Positions 26,201-36,459 are shown, numbered from the stretch's first letter. The stretch is 64,000 nt of DNA from Eubacteriales bacterium (GCA_045595785.1 JAZOBE010000048.1:6009-70008), one strand, 5' to 3'. Program-made: numbers and translations. Notes: generated by a model from the sequence alone, not told the origin.

Positions 26201-28704
26201 TTTATTTCTTCTCCTGCAAGGAAGGCTTCAAATCTTTCGATAGTCTCCAGCACCTCATAGGTGAGGGTGTAATATCCGCCTGCGCCATCTATGGTATAGT
26301 AGGCTTTGGTGGAGGTTACGCGGTAGAAGATTATCTCATCCTGCTTGGTCTCGCTCTTTATCTTCAGACGCAGCATTTCACTGCCCTTCTCTCCGTCAAC
26401 AAGGTTATACTCGCCGTCACGGGAGATGTTGATTACCGAAACGTATACCTTACGGAAGGTATCCATATCCAGTTCCTTGCCGTTAACGGAAACCGTCTTA
26501 ACGGTGCCGTTTTCGTCCTTACCGAAAACGCAGGTGTAATCCTTGCCGTTAAAGGTAAAGGTCATTTCGTCAAGGTCGTCGATAATCATCATAAACAGAG
26601 AGGAGCTGAGGTAATCGGTAGGCTCCCACTCCATCCAAGGTGCGGTCTCAAGAGTGATACGTGCGATATAGGGGTTTGCAAACTTGACTTCCTCACCGTT
26701 TTCGGTGGTGGTTATCATAGACATTGCGTAACGGGAGCCGTCCTCCAAGGGGTCGGTAAGCAGGATATCCATTGTATATCCGCCGTATACGTAATGTATC
26801 TGCATTGCAGGGTTGATATCAACGTCCTGCACGCCGTCCTCTGCATAGACGGGATTGCCGTTTTCGTCTGTCTTCCAGGTAGCGAAGCCGAAATCAACAA
26901 GGTCCTTGTTTTCAACACCTATCTTTACGACCTCATCTCCGGTGAGAACGCAGACAGACATAAGATATTCAACGTATTTGGTGGTGTTAACGTAAGCGTA
27001 GTTTCTGTCCTCAGGCACAAACTCGTCGGTAGTTATCATCCACAGACCGATAAACGCATCTGCAGGGTTAGCGTCAACGTCCCCTGCCATAATGCGTATC
27101 TCATCGGTAACCATAAGCTTTTTGGTGGAATAACCCTCAATATCGATACGAACGTATTTTACGGGGTCTTCACTCTTAAAGTCCAGATTATATACCTTAT
27201 AGGTGCCGTCCTTCTGGTCCTTAAAGGTATCTGCGCCGTAAAGTGCGGCAGTCTGGAAGGTAGAACCGTCGGTACAAACGTAGATCTCAACGCTTTCGGG
27301 AACGAATGCGCCCTTTGCTTCGTCTCTTACGAAGGGAATTTTAAGGGAATATTCCCCGTTTTTGGAAATACGGTTGGTGGATATCGCCATCTGGATGGAT
27401 TCTCCGTCCTTGGAGCCCATACCGATAAAGTTGGTGTCCTTTGTCCAATCCTCATAAACGCCGGAAAGACGCTTAAGGTCGGTAAGCATAGTGGCAACGT
27501 CTGCCTCCGAGTTGGAAAGAACGATGTTGCTGGAAGCCGCCATCGCTCTGCGGAGACGGATGCTTATGCTCTGATCCAGATCACGATAATAGATAAGCAT
27601 TTTATCTATTGAATAAATTGCGTTGGTATCCGAAATGGGATAAACCAATGTAGCAGTAAGGAAGGTTTCGCCTCCTGCGGCAAAGGTGGAAGCCACGTCT
27701 GCGGCAAGCAGGAGATAAACGTGATCCTTTCCGTCATAACGGGCATAGTTGTATGAGCCGGTGGAATCAACGTCGCCGATAATAAGCTTGTGAGTCTCGC
27801 CGTCCATAGTCTCAATAATAACGGTGGCGGTAGAGCCCTCGCCGTCAAGACCGTACTGGGAGAAATCCTTGGGGTTTTTAACCTTACCCTCGGCGCAGGT
27901 GTAGGTGGCGTTTACCACCAGATAAGAGAACGCCTCTGCGTTAAGCTCAACACCCTCCGCACCCTCAACGTAGAAGGTGGAGGATTTTTTATCGGGACGG
28001 TAGACCTTAAAAGCGGTCTTTTGGTTTTTAACGCTGATAGATTTTACGTCGCTTCTGGTGATGGAAGGATACAGGAAGGGCTTGCCTGTGGAGGTCACCA
28101 CGTCACCATCTGTATCATATCCGTCCAGCGCACGGAGAGAAAGGGATATTTTCTCTTTTCCGCAAAGGGAAAGAATGGTGTTTACAAACATATTCTCGCC
28201 GTCAAAGGCGTAGGGCGTGCCGTCCTCAAGAAAACGGAAGAACTCCTCTTTCTTGAAGGAAACACTTTCGTTTCCTACGGAAATTACGCAAAATTCGCTT
28301 CCAGTGCCGGTTTTTACCTTGATCTTTCCGCATTCGCCCACAGAAAGTGCAAACTTGTACACGATACTGCCCGTCTTATCAGCGGAAAGGGTATCCTCAT
28401 CGGCAGAGAAGGAAATGGTAGCCTTAAGCTCCTCAAGTGCGTCCTTCCCCTCGGCAGACATAACGTAAAGAGGATCTATCTCCGTTTCGGTAGCAGGCTC
28501 ATAGAGGAAGATAAAATATCCTGCGATAAGCACTGCCGCCGCCGCGAGAATTGCAATAATAACAAAGAGGGGGCGTTTGCCGGAAGACTTTTTGCCTTTA
28601 CCCGTCTCTCCGCCCTTGGTGGCGAAGGTAGAGTTTTCGGCAGTTATCTCCTCCTCGGGAGTAAAGGTCTCGGCATCTGTATAGATAATATCGTTGCGCT
28701 TCAT
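26197..28704 (-). CDS. Large N-terminally anchored extracytoplasmic protein (DUF4340-like position in a GldG-type ABC operon)
   Basis: 835 aa with a single N-terminal TM, immediately downstream of the GldG-like gene. Confidence 0.55.
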   Translation of the reverse strand: MKRNDIIYTDAETFTPEEEITAENSTFATKGGETGKGKKSSGKRPLFVIIAILAAAAVLIAGYFIFLYEPATETEIDPLYVMSAEGKDALEELKATISFSADEDTLSADKTGSIVYKFALSVGECGKIKVKTGTGSEFCVISVGNESVSFKKEEFFRFLEDGTPYAFDGENMFVNTILSLCGKEKISLSLRALDGYDTDGDVVTSTGKPFLYPSITRSDVKSISVKNQKTAFKVYRPDKKSSTFYVEGAEGVELNAEAFSYLVVNATYTCAEGKVKNPKDFSQYGLDGEGSTATVIIETMDGETHKLIIGDVDSTGSYNYARYDGKDHVYLLLAADVASTFAAGGETFLTATLVYPISDTNAIYSIDKMLIYYRDLDQSISIRLRRAMAASSNIVLSNSEADVATMLTDLKRLSGVYEDWTKDTNFIGMGSKDGESIQMAISTNRISKNGEYSLKIPFVRDEAKGAFVPESVEIYVCTDGSTFQTAALYGADTFKDQKDGTYKVYNLDFKSEDPVKYVRIDIEGYSTKKLMVTDEIRIMAGDVDANPADAFIGLWMITTDEFVPEDRNYAYVNTTKYVEYLMSVCVLTGDEVVKIGVENKDLVDFGFATWKTDENGNPVYAEDGVQDVDINPAMQIHYVYGGYTMDILLTDPLEDGSRYAMSMITTTENGEEVKFANPYIARITLETAPWMEWEPTDYLSSSLFMMIIDDLDEMTFTFNGKDYTCVFGKDENGTVKTVSVNGKELDMDTFRKVYVSVINISRDGEYNLVDGEKGSEMLRLKIKSETKQDEIIFYRVTSTKAYYTIDGAGGYYTLTYEVLETIERFEAFLAGEEIK

Positions 28705-30216
28705 TTACAGGTGTCTCCTCTTGATATACACGCCGACACCCACTACAAGCACGATAAGGGGTGCAACGGCTATAACGATTACGGACAGAGTCTTTGCCTC
28801 GCCCGTTTCAAGTGCAAGTGCGGTATCTGCAAATACCTTATAGTCGATATCGGGAGAAACTCTCTCGGTAGACATCATTCTCGCCGCAGATTCGATAACC
28901 TCACGGTTGCCGTACTGTGCGGTAAGGCTTTCGTTGGAAACGAAATCCGTACTGCCGCAAAGAGCAACGTACTGGAACTTGGCGGCGTTGGTATCGTCAT
29001 AATCCATAAAGGTGGCGATGTTAAGCAAAGGATGCTTTCCGCTTACGCCTGCTTTATCTGTTGCTTCCGCAAAGGTGGTAAAGGAGGTATCAACAGACGC
29101 GCCATTGGATGCCTTGCCGGGAACAAGCTTTACAGCGTTGCCGAAAACCGTCTTAACGTCGGAATCATCGGAAAAAGCGATATGAAGCTGTGCGGCAACG
29201 GTGCCTACCTCACCTGCAGACTGAGCAAGCAGTTTTTTGCTGTTGAGGCTGAGAGAATGTGTATTATCGGTAAGCAGGTCGTGAGGAGCGTAATCCATAC
29301 CCCAAACGTCACTGAGATAAGAGCGCAGGTTGGGAAGATCGGGAGTAGACGCATCCACAAACACCATAAGAGAACGGTATTCCTTAAGGAAGTTGTTTAT
29401 AATAACCGTTTCGTCTGCGGCGTTGGGGTTCTCTGCGTCAAAGCCCACAAGGTCCATCTGGGGATTACAGATAACCATTATACGGGCAGAAGCAAATGCT
29501 TCCTTAAGCTCACTCTCACTTGCGGCAGCAAGGTCGATAGTCTGTGTGGCAAAGCCCACGTCCTCAAAGAGTGATTTAAGCTTTTCGGGAACAGTCTCGC
29601 CGTGGCCCTTGGTAAAGATTACGGAATAAGGCTGGTCGATAGAGCACTGGGTAATAGCGGTGACCATACGTGCTTCACCGTTATACGCATACAGAGAATT
29701 ATCCGATTCAGCTACCATAAAGAAGGAATCAAAGGTGAGAACACGGGTGTGGTACTTACCCTCAACGATAATGTTGGAGGCGGTAAGATTGGTCTGTGTA
29801 TAGTGCTTGATATCGTTAACGTACTTTGGGTCCGCGGTAACGTCGAAGTAAGCAACCTCGATATTATCGGGGAATTTTTCTGCAAACGCCAAAACCGTCT
29901 CGTGTACCATACGGAGATAGTTGAAGTTACCTGTCTCGTATTCCTCAAGTCTGTCGCGGGCGGTGCAGAAGTGGACGGTAATATCAAAATCATCGCCCAG
30001 ATTTTCAAGATACTCCACAGTCTCATCACCGATAGAATAAAACTCCTCATCGGTAAAGTCGATAGAAAAGATGTGGGAAGCGTTGAATGCGGTTATTACC
30101 AGATTTATACCGATAATAAGCGCCAGAGTTACCGCGGTAAGAGCCACGGAAAGTCCGCCGTATTTGAATTTACGGGAGTTAAGTATATTTTTAAGAGATT
30201 TTTTATTGTTCGCCAT
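28705..30216 (-). CDS. GldG-family ABC-transporter auxiliary protein
   Basis: N- and C-terminal TM anchors and a large external domain. Lies next to the ABC-2 permease. Confidence 0.7.
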   Translation of the reverse strand: MANNKKSLKNILNSRKFKYGGLSVALTAVTLALIIGINLVITAFNASHIFSIDFTDEEFYSIGDETVEYLENLGDDFDITVHFCTARDRLEEYETGNFNYLRMVHETVLAFAEKFPDNIEVAYFDVTADPKYVNDIKHYTQTNLTASNIIVEGKYHTRVLTFDSFFMVAESDNSLYAYNGEARMVTAITQCSIDQPYSVIFTKGHGETVPEKLKSLFEDVGFATQTIDLAAASESELKEAFASARIMVICNPQMDLVGFDAENPNAADETVIINNFLKEYRSLMVFVDASTPDLPNLRSYLSDVWGMDYAPHDLLTDNTHSLSLNSKKLLAQSAGEVGTVAAQLHIAFSDDSDVKTVFGNAVKLVPGKASNGASVDTSFTTFAEATDKAGVSGKHPLLNIATFMDYDDTNAAKFQYVALCGSTDFVSNESLTAQYGNREVIESAARMMSTERVSPDIDYKVFADTALALETGEAKTLSVIVIAVAPLIVLVVGVGVYIKRRHL

Positions 30217-30230
30217 TTTACTTTACCTCC

Positions 30231-30938
30231 TTATGACCAGCGGCGCTTTTCATATACGCGCACGGTAAGGAAAAGGAACACCGCGGTAAAGCTGATAAAG
30301 TAAACTACCGCGCTAAGGTCAAGAATTCCGCTTGACATGGTTGCGTATCTGTCAATTACAGAAAACCACTTGATAAAGGTGCGTACCCACTCAACCGGAA
30401 TGGAGGAGGCAAGCAGACCTAAAATAAGGATTACCACTATAATACCCATGGAACCGATAGCGGCGTTAAGCTGGCTTTCGGTAAGAGAGGATATAAACAC
30501 GCCCACAGCGATGAACGCCGCGCCTATAAGGAACAGGCTGAGCACGTTAAGCAGTATATAGGAAAGGGAAGGGTTTCCGTAAAGATAGAGTAAATAGAAG
30601 TTAAAGGAGTTAACGCCCAGAACGCAGGCGAAAACGGTGAGAGCCGCCAGATATTTCGCCATAACCATTGCGGTAAGGGAAATGGGCGCCGTAAGCAGTA
30701 TCTGCTCGGACTTGGTGCGGCGGTCATCTGCAAAAAGCTTCATGGTAAGCAGGGGGATGAGTATGGCAAACACGAAAAGGAGTGCCAGGAAATAGGAAGA
30801 CATGCTTCCCGTATCCGCCTGAAGCAATACCAGGAAGGAGAACAGCGCACCGGAAACTGCAAGGAACATACCTGCAAACACGTATCCGATGGGAGTAGTA
30901 AAATATGAGCGAAGCTCACGCATATATATTGCACGCAT
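30231..30938 (-). CDS. ABC-2 type transporter permease
   Basis: 235 aa, 6 TM. N-terminus MRELRSYFTTPIGYVF is typical of GldF-like permeases. Confidence 0.8.
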   Translation of the reverse strand: MRAIYMRELRSYFTTPIGYVFAGMFLAVSGALFSFLVLLQADTGSMSSYFLALLFVFAILIPLLTMKLFADDRRTKSEQILLTAPISLTAMVMAKYLAALTVFACVLGVNSFNFYLLYLYGNPSLSYILLNVLSLFLIGAAFIAVGVFISSLTESQLNAAIGSMGIIVVILILGLLASSIPVEWVRTFIKWFSVIDRYATMSSGILDLSAVVYFISFTAVFLFLTVRVYEKRRWS

Positions 30939-31924
30939 TATTGTTCCCCTGCCTTTCTGACACGCTTTACGGTTTTGCGGCTTTCTTTTTCTTTGTTCTT
31001 TTCGGTAAGACGGATAAAGATATCCTCAAGATTCAATTCCATACCCTCAAGACCGATAAGATACCAGCCGTTTCTTGCAAGAAGCGAGAACAGCGGCTTG
31101 CGGATATCTATCTTGTCCTCAGATTCGATAAGATAGCTGGTGGAATCGGTATCACGCTTGCCCAAGACCTCTGCGTATTTTACGCCGGGAAGAGCCTTAA
31201 GCGCCTTAAGCACGTCGTTTTCAGGTCCAACGATCTTCGCCATAAGCTTACGGGAGCCGTCAACTGCATTGACAAGGTCCTGAGTGCGCTCGTTGGCAAC
31301 GATCTGTCCCTTATTTATAACCACGATCCTATCGCACACAGCCTGAACCTCAGGCAGAATGTGGGTGGAAAGTATAACGGTATGCTGTTTACCCAGCACA
31401 CGGATAAGGTTACGTATCTCTATTATCTGCTTTGGGTCAAGACCAACGGTAGGCTCGTCGAATATAAGCACCTTGGGGTTTCCGATAAGCGCCTGAGCGA
31501 TACCCACACGCTGACGGTAGCCCTTGGAAAGGTTCTTTATTTTACGGTTGAACACGTCGGTTATCTTAACGACCTCGCAAACCTCTTTAAGGTGTGCGTC
31601 CTTGGGAAGGGTGCATTTTTTAAGCTGATATACGAAGGTAAGGTATTCCTTTACCGTCATATCCACGTAAAGGGGAGGCTGCTCAGGAAGGAAGCCTATC
31701 TTGCGCTTTGCCTCAACGGGGTTTTCCAGAATATCCACACCGTCAATACGGCAGGAGCCGGAGGATGCGGACAGATATCCGGTAAGTATGTTGAGAGTGG
31801 TGGTCTTTCCTGCGCCGTTGGGGCCGAGGAAGCCCATTATCTCGCCCTCTTCTACGTTAAATGTAACGCCCTTGACCGCTTGTTTATCACCGAAATTCTT
31901 ATAGACATCGATTATTTCGATCAT
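30938..31924 (-). CDS. ABC transporter ATP-binding protein
   Basis: Walker A GPNGAGKTT, signature LSKGYRQR, Walker B LIFDEPT. Confidence 0.9.
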   Translation of the reverse strand: MIEIIDVYKNFGDKQAVKGVTFNVEEGEIMGFLGPNGAGKTTTLNILTGYLSASSGSCRIDGVDILENPVEAKRKIGFLPEQPPLYVDMTVKEYLTFVYQLKKCTLPKDAHLKEVCEVVKITDVFNRKIKNLSKGYRQRVGIAQALIGNPKVLIFDEPTVGLDPKQIIEIRNLIRVLGKQHTVILSTHILPEVQAVCDRIVVINKGQIVANERTQDLVNAVDGSRKLMAKIVGPENDVLKALKALPGVKYAEVLGKRDTDSTSYLIESEDKIDIRKPLFSLLARNGWYLIGLEGMELNLEDIFIRLTEKNKEKESRKTVKRVRKAGEQ

Positions 31925-31927
31925 TTG

Positions 31928-33709
31928 TTATTTCTCCTGTTTATCAATACTAATACCCAGATCGATAAGCGCCTGTGCAGGTACTTCCGCGGGGCAGTCT
32001 GTCATAAGCTCGGACGCGTTGGATACCTTGGGGAAGGCAACAACGTCACGCAAGGTGGGTGCGCCCAGCATCTGCATTACAAGTCTGTCCAGACCCAGCG
32101 CCATACCGCCGTGGGGAGGTGCGCCGTATTTGAATGCGTCAAGCAGATAGCCGAACTTTGCCTGCGCCTCCTCGTCGGAAAGGCCCAACAGACGGAATAT
32201 GGTAGCCTGCAAAGCAGGGTCGGTTATACGGATAGAACCGGAGGAAAGCTCAATACCGTTAAGCACAAGGTCGTATGCCTTTGCACGGACAGAGCCTTTA
32301 TCGGATTCAAGGTAATCAAGACACTCGTCAAGAGGTGCGGTAAAGGGATGGTGCATTGCCAGCCACTCACCGGATTCGGGGTCTTTTTCAAAGAAGGGGA
32401 ATTCAACTACCCAAAGGAAGCGGTATCCCTCTCTGGGAACGTCAAGTCTGTTTGCAGCCTCAACACGAAGCTGACCCAGCTGGGTAAGAACCGCGTTATC
32501 GTTGGTGTCTGCAATAATAAACGCCACGTCTCCGTCAGCACAGTCCATACGGGTGCAGATGGAGTTAAGCTCGTCCTCGGTCATAAACTTAGCAAAGGAG
32601 CAGGTGGTGTTGCCGCCGACACGCTTTATCCAAGCCAGACCCTTTGCGCCGCAGGACTTTGCATACTCGGTAAGCTTGTCTATCTCCTTACGGGTGAGCT
32701 TGTCTGCATAGCCCTTGCAGTTGATGCCTCTTACACTGCCGCCTGCGCTTACTGCGCCGGTGAACACGGAGAAATCACAGCCCTTGACAATATCGGAAAT
32801 ATCAACGAGCTCCATACCGAAGCGCATATCCGGCTTATCACTGCCGTAACGGTTCATACACTCACGGTAGGTGTAACGGGGAATGGGAGGAACGTCAACG
32901 TCCAGAGTTTCCTTGAATACTCTGCGGATGTAACCCTCACCTATATTCAGCACGTCCTCCATCTGAACGAAGGACATCTCAAAGTCGATCTGAGTGAATT
33001 CGGGCTGTCTGTCCGCACGAAGGTCCTCGTCACGGAAGCAACGTGCGATCTGCATATATCTGTCAAAGCCCGCAACCATGGAAAGCTGCTTGTAAAGCTG
33101 AGGAGACTGGGGAAGCGCGTAGAAGGAGCCCTTTCTTACACGGCTGGGAACGAGATAGTCACGTGCGCCCTCGGGAGTGGAGCGGATAAGCATGGGAGTC
33201 TCTATTTCGATAAAGCCGTTTTCATCAAAATAATCTCTGGTAACCTTTGCAACCTTGTGTCTGAACAGCAGATTTTGCATAAGGTCGGGACGGCGCAGGT
33301 CGAGATAACGGTGCTTTAAGCGCAGCTCCTCGTTTGCGCGGCTGTTTTCAACTATTTCAAAGGGAGTTGTCTGGGAAACAGACAGCACCTTCAATACGTC
33401 AACGGCGATCTCCACCTCACCGGTGGGAATCTGCAGGTTTTTGGAGGAACGCTCTCTTACGGTTCCCTCTGCACACAGCACGTACTCACCGCGTACGGCA
33501 AATGCTTTTTCAAACACCTCTCTGTCGGTATTATCGTCAAAAGCAAGCTGTACGATACCGCTTCTGTCACGCAGGTCGATAAATATAAGACCGCCAAGGT
33601 CACGCTGACGCTGGCACCAGCCCATTACGCAGGCACGCTCGCCTACGTTTTGTATGTTAAACTCACCGCAATAGTGAGTTCTTTTTGAATTGCCTAAAAG
33701 TTCTGCCAT
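31928..33709 (-). CDS. aspS: Aspartate--tRNA ligase
   Basis: Class IIb motifs (FRDEDLRADRQPEFTQID, GLDRL). Start set at MAELLGNSKRTHYCGE. Confidence 0.95.
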   Translation of the reverse strand: MAELLGNSKRTHYCGEFNIQNVGERACVMGWCQRQRDLGGLIFIDLRDRSGIVQLAFDDNTDREVFEKAFAVRGEYVLCAEGTVRERSSKNLQIPTGEVEIAVDVLKVLSVSQTTPFEIVENSRANEELRLKHRYLDLRRPDLMQNLLFRHKVAKVTRDYFDENGFIEIETPMLIRSTPEGARDYLVPSRVRKGSFYALPQSPQLYKQLSMVAGFDRYMQIARCFRDEDLRADRQPEFTQIDFEMSFVQMEDVLNIGEGYIRRVFKETLDVDVPPIPRYTYRECMNRYGSDKPDMRFGMELVDISDIVKGCDFSVFTGAVSAGGSVRGINCKGYADKLTRKEIDKLTEYAKSCGAKGLAWIKRVGGNTTCSFAKFMTEDELNSICTRMDCADGDVAFIIADTNDNAVLTQLGQLRVEAANRLDVPREGYRFLWVVEFPFFEKDPESGEWLAMHHPFTAPLDECLDYLESDKGSVRAKAYDLVLNGIELSSGSIRITDPALQATIFRLLGLSDEEAQAKFGYLLDAFKYGAPPHGGMALGLDRLVMQMLGAPTLRDVVAFPKVSNASELMTDCPAEVPAQALIDLGISIDKQEK

Positions 33710-33741
33710 AGTTTTTGTTTTGCCTTCTTTCAAAGTATAGT

Positions 33742-33810
33742 GAATAATGAGAAATGAGGAATTACGGAAGATTTTTGCCGCCCGGCAAAAATCAACTATC
33801 ATTCATCATT
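33742..33810. repeat. Family-B hairpin repeat, copy 1
   Basis: aatgagaaatgaggaattacggaagatttttgcc-gcc-cggcaaaaatcaactatcattcatcatt. Overlaps the hisS stop codon. Confidence 0.75.
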
Positions 33811-35067
33811 TTTTATTGCGTTAGCAATATCAGCTGCCGACAGGTTGACTTCTGCCCTTTCGCCGTCTTGCATATTCTTAACGGTAACAACACCCTGCTC
33901 CAGCTCGTTTCCGCCGATAACGGCAACGTAACGGGCGCCCGTCTTGTCCGCATATTTCATTTGCGCCTTTATACTGCGGGAGCAAAGGTCGGTCTCTGCC
34001 TTAATACCCATGCCCCTAAGCTCCTCACACAAAGCAAACACCTTGGTGTATCCGTCCTTATCCGCAGGAGCCAGATAAATATCGGGTGCAGTATCAACCG
34101 ATTTAAGCAAATCCTCCTGCTCAAGGCAGGCAACCAGACGGGTAATACCCATACCGAAGCCAACGCCTGACATCTGGGGACCGCCAAGCTGTGCAACCAG
34201 CCCATCGTATCTTCCGCCGCCGCAAACGGTGGACTGTGCGCCGATACGCTCATCTATAAACTCAAACACCGTGCCGGTGTAATAATCAAGTCCTCTTACA
34301 ATGCCGGAATCTATAACGTAAGGAACGCCGGTAGCATCCAGAATATCCGTAAGCGCCTTAAGGTGGTTTTGGCAATCCTCGCACAGATGGTCGGTAGTCT
34401 TAGGTGCGCCGGAGGCTATCTCCGAGCAAACGGGAGACTTACAGTCCAGCACACGGAGGGGGTTTTTACCCAAGCGCTCAATACAAGTGGGGCAAAGCTT
34501 GTCCGTATAACCGCCCAGATATTCAACAAGCGCCTCTCTGTACACGGGACGGCAGTTGGGACAGCCCACGGAGTTGATGTGTAATTTTACGTTATTAAGA
34601 CCCAATTCCTTGAACACGCTGTATGCAAGGGAGATAACCGTTGCATCCGCCGCAGGAGATTCGGAGCCGAACAATTCTGTACCGAACTGGAAAAACTCTC
34701 TGCTTCTGCCTGCTTGGGGTTTTTCATAACGGAAAAAGTTGGTTAGGTAATACAGTTTTAAGGGCATAGCCCCTGCGTAAAGACCGTTCTCCAGCATACT
34801 GCGGACAACGCACGCCGTTCCCTCAGGACGGAGAGAAAGACTGCGGTCGTCTCTGTCCTTAAAGGTATACATTTCCTTTTGCACCACGTCGGTAGTGTCA
34901 CCCACTCCGCGGGAGAAAAGCTCGGTTGCCTCAAAGGTGGGGAAGCGTATCTCGCCAAACCCATATTCAAGACACTTTTTGCGTATAACGCCTTCTATAT
35001 ATTGCCATGCGGCAGTCTGCTCCGGGAGGATATCCAAGGTTCCTCTCGGCTTTTTGATCTGATTCAT
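33799..35067 (-). CDS. hisS: Histidine--tRNA ligase
   Basis: PRGTLDILP N-terminus and class IIa motifs. Start set at MNQIKKPRG. Confidence 0.95.
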   Translation of the reverse strand: MNQIKKPRGTLDILPEQTAAWQYIEGVIRKKCLEYGFGEIRFPTFEATELFSRGVGDTTDVVQKEMYTFKDRDDRSLSLRPEGTACVVRSMLENGLYAGAMPLKLYYLTNFFRYEKPQAGRSREFFQFGTELFGSESPAADATVISLAYSVFKELGLNNVKLHINSVGCPNCRPVYREALVEYLGGYTDKLCPTCIERLGKNPLRVLDCKSPVCSEIASGAPKTTDHLCEDCQNHLKALTDILDATGVPYVIDSGIVRGLDYYTGTVFEFIDERIGAQSTVCGGGRYDGLVAQLGGPQMSGVGFGMGITRLVACLEQEDLLKSVDTAPDIYLAPADKDGYTKVFALCEELRGMGIKAETDLCSRSIKAQMKYADKTGARYVAVIGGNELEQGVVTVKNMQDGERAEVNLSAADIANAIKNDE

Positions 35068-35084
35068 ATAAACTCTCCGATAGA

Positions 35085-35492
35085 TTAGTATGTTGCGTTC
35101 TTTTGCCACTCGCGCCAGTCCAGATCTCCTCTGCTGAGCGCAAGGATAAGCGCCTCCGCCGTTGCGATGTTGGTTGCCACAGGGATATTATGGCTATCAC
35201 ACAGACGGATAAGCTGCAAGGTAGCATCAAGATACTCTGCTTCCGAATTAGGGTCGCGGAGGAAGATGAGTAGGTCGATCTCGTTATAAGCGATACGTGC
35301 AGCTATCTGCTCTGCTCCGCCGAGAGCGCCGGCGAGCATACGGGTAACCTTTAATCCGGTAGCTTCACTGATATACTTGCCGGTGGTAGCCGTTGCATAA
35401 AGGTTATGCTTTGCAAGTACTCCGCAATATGCTAAACAGAATTCGGTGATAAGCTCTTTTTTCTTATCGTTGGCGATAATTGCTATTTCCAT
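35085..35492 (-). CDS. Methylglyoxal synthase-like protein lacking canonical catalytic residues
   Basis: MGS fold motifs are conserved (LYATATTG, IDLLIFLRDP, NIPVATN), but it has ANDKKK instead of AHDxxK, GGAEQ instead of GGDQQ, and no PH-x-PD motif. Confidence 0.75.
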   Translation of the reverse strand: MEIAIIANDKKKELITEFCLAYCGVLAKHNLYATATTGKYISEATGLKVTRMLAGALGGAEQIAARIAYNEIDLLIFLRDPNSEAEYLDATLQLIRLCDSHNIPVATNIATAEALILALSRGDLDWREWQKNATY

Positions 35493-35525
35493 ATCGTTAT
35501 TCGTCCTTTCTTGCCTTAATAAAAG

Positions 35526-36332
35526 CTATGTAAGATAATATTTTCTGCTTAAGGTGCGGTACACGCCCTTGAAAAGGGGCACGGTGCTTCCGCACAGACG
35601 GTATGCAATGTTTATTGCCGCCGCCTCATAAGAATACGCCTTTCCCTTATGGGAGCAAAATGCGATATTCCCCTTCTCCGCCTCAACCGCCGCGTTTTTA
35701 TCCCACGGAACGATACCGATAAGCGGTACGGCAGAATTCATAATAATATCCGCAGGGTCGGGAAGCAAGCCCTTGTCCGCTTCCTTTTTACGGAACATAT
35801 TTATTACCAGATGCTGGTCGGTAAGCCCTTCCTTTGCAAGAAGCGCCGCCGTCTTTTCCGCCGCACGGACGGAGGTGGACTGGTGTGCCGTAACTATTAC
35901 CGCACTGTCTGCACAGGAGGCAAGCAGTGAATAATACGGCGAATATTCCGCAGAGGAATCTATAAGCACGTAATCGTATATACTTTTAAGATATGCGAAC
36001 AGCTTTCCCGTCCGCTTAGGGTCCAAAGCAGACCCGTCATAGGTCTGAGGCGCGGGAATAAAATCCGGCTTACTGCCGTCTCCCTTAATGACTGCGCTCT
36101 CTACCGAGCAGATACCCGAAATAACGTCCTTTATATCAAAAAGCGCGTTATCCTCTCTGCCTAAAAGAATATCCATACTGCGCATACCCAGATCCCCGTC
36201 AACAACGAGGACACGTTTGCCCAGCGAGCAAAGCGCCCCTGCGAGATTTGCTGTTACAAAGCTTTTTCCCACACCGCCCTTGAAGGACGTAACAAATACA
36301 CATCTGCCCAAAAAAGATACCTCCTTTAGCAC
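35526..36332 (-). CDS. MinD/ParA-family P-loop ATPase
   Basis: Deviant Walker A SFKGGVGKS and DGDLGMRSMD. No minC or minE is adjacent. Confidence 0.75.
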   Translation of the reverse strand: MLKEVSFLGRCVFVTSFKGGVGKSFVTANLAGALCSLGKRVLVVDGDLGMRSMDILLGREDNALFDIKDVISGICSVESAVIKGDGSKPDFIPAPQTYDGSALDPKRTGKLFAYLKSIYDYVLIDSSAEYSPYYSLLASCADSAVIVTAHQSTSVRAAEKTAALLAKEGLTDQHLVINMFRKKEADKGLLPDPADIIMNSAVPLIGIVPWDKNAAVEAEKGNIAFCSHKGKAYSYEAAAINIAYRLCGSTVPLFKGVYRTLSRKYYLT

Positions 36333-36431
36333 ATACTTATAGATATACTATTATATTACATAAGGGTAATTTTGTCAACGAAAAATACGCATTAAAAAAA
36401 GATCAATATTAATTATATGTAACGAAAATTG

Positions 36432-36459
36432 TTGACTTATGGCGAAAATATAATATAAT
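36432..36459 (+). promoter_or_regulatory. Candidate sigma-A promoter of pyrR
   Basis: TTGACT, 16 nt, TATAAT. Confidence 0.5.

Noticed and set aside
30905-33319. Very long antisense ORFs: 804 aa here, plus 27790..29574, 17607..19019, 6496..7863, 7821..8984, 37027..38235, 41097..42131, 53375..54406 and 54524..55522
   Set aside because: Each lies opposite a gene with unmistakable family motifs (aspS, ABC ATPase, GldG, transglutaminase and others). Some span two different genes. They lack an RBS and translate to low-complexity G/V/C/H-rich sequence. They are best explained by the rarity of TTA, CTA and TCA sense codons in this genome, which removes stops from one antisense frame.
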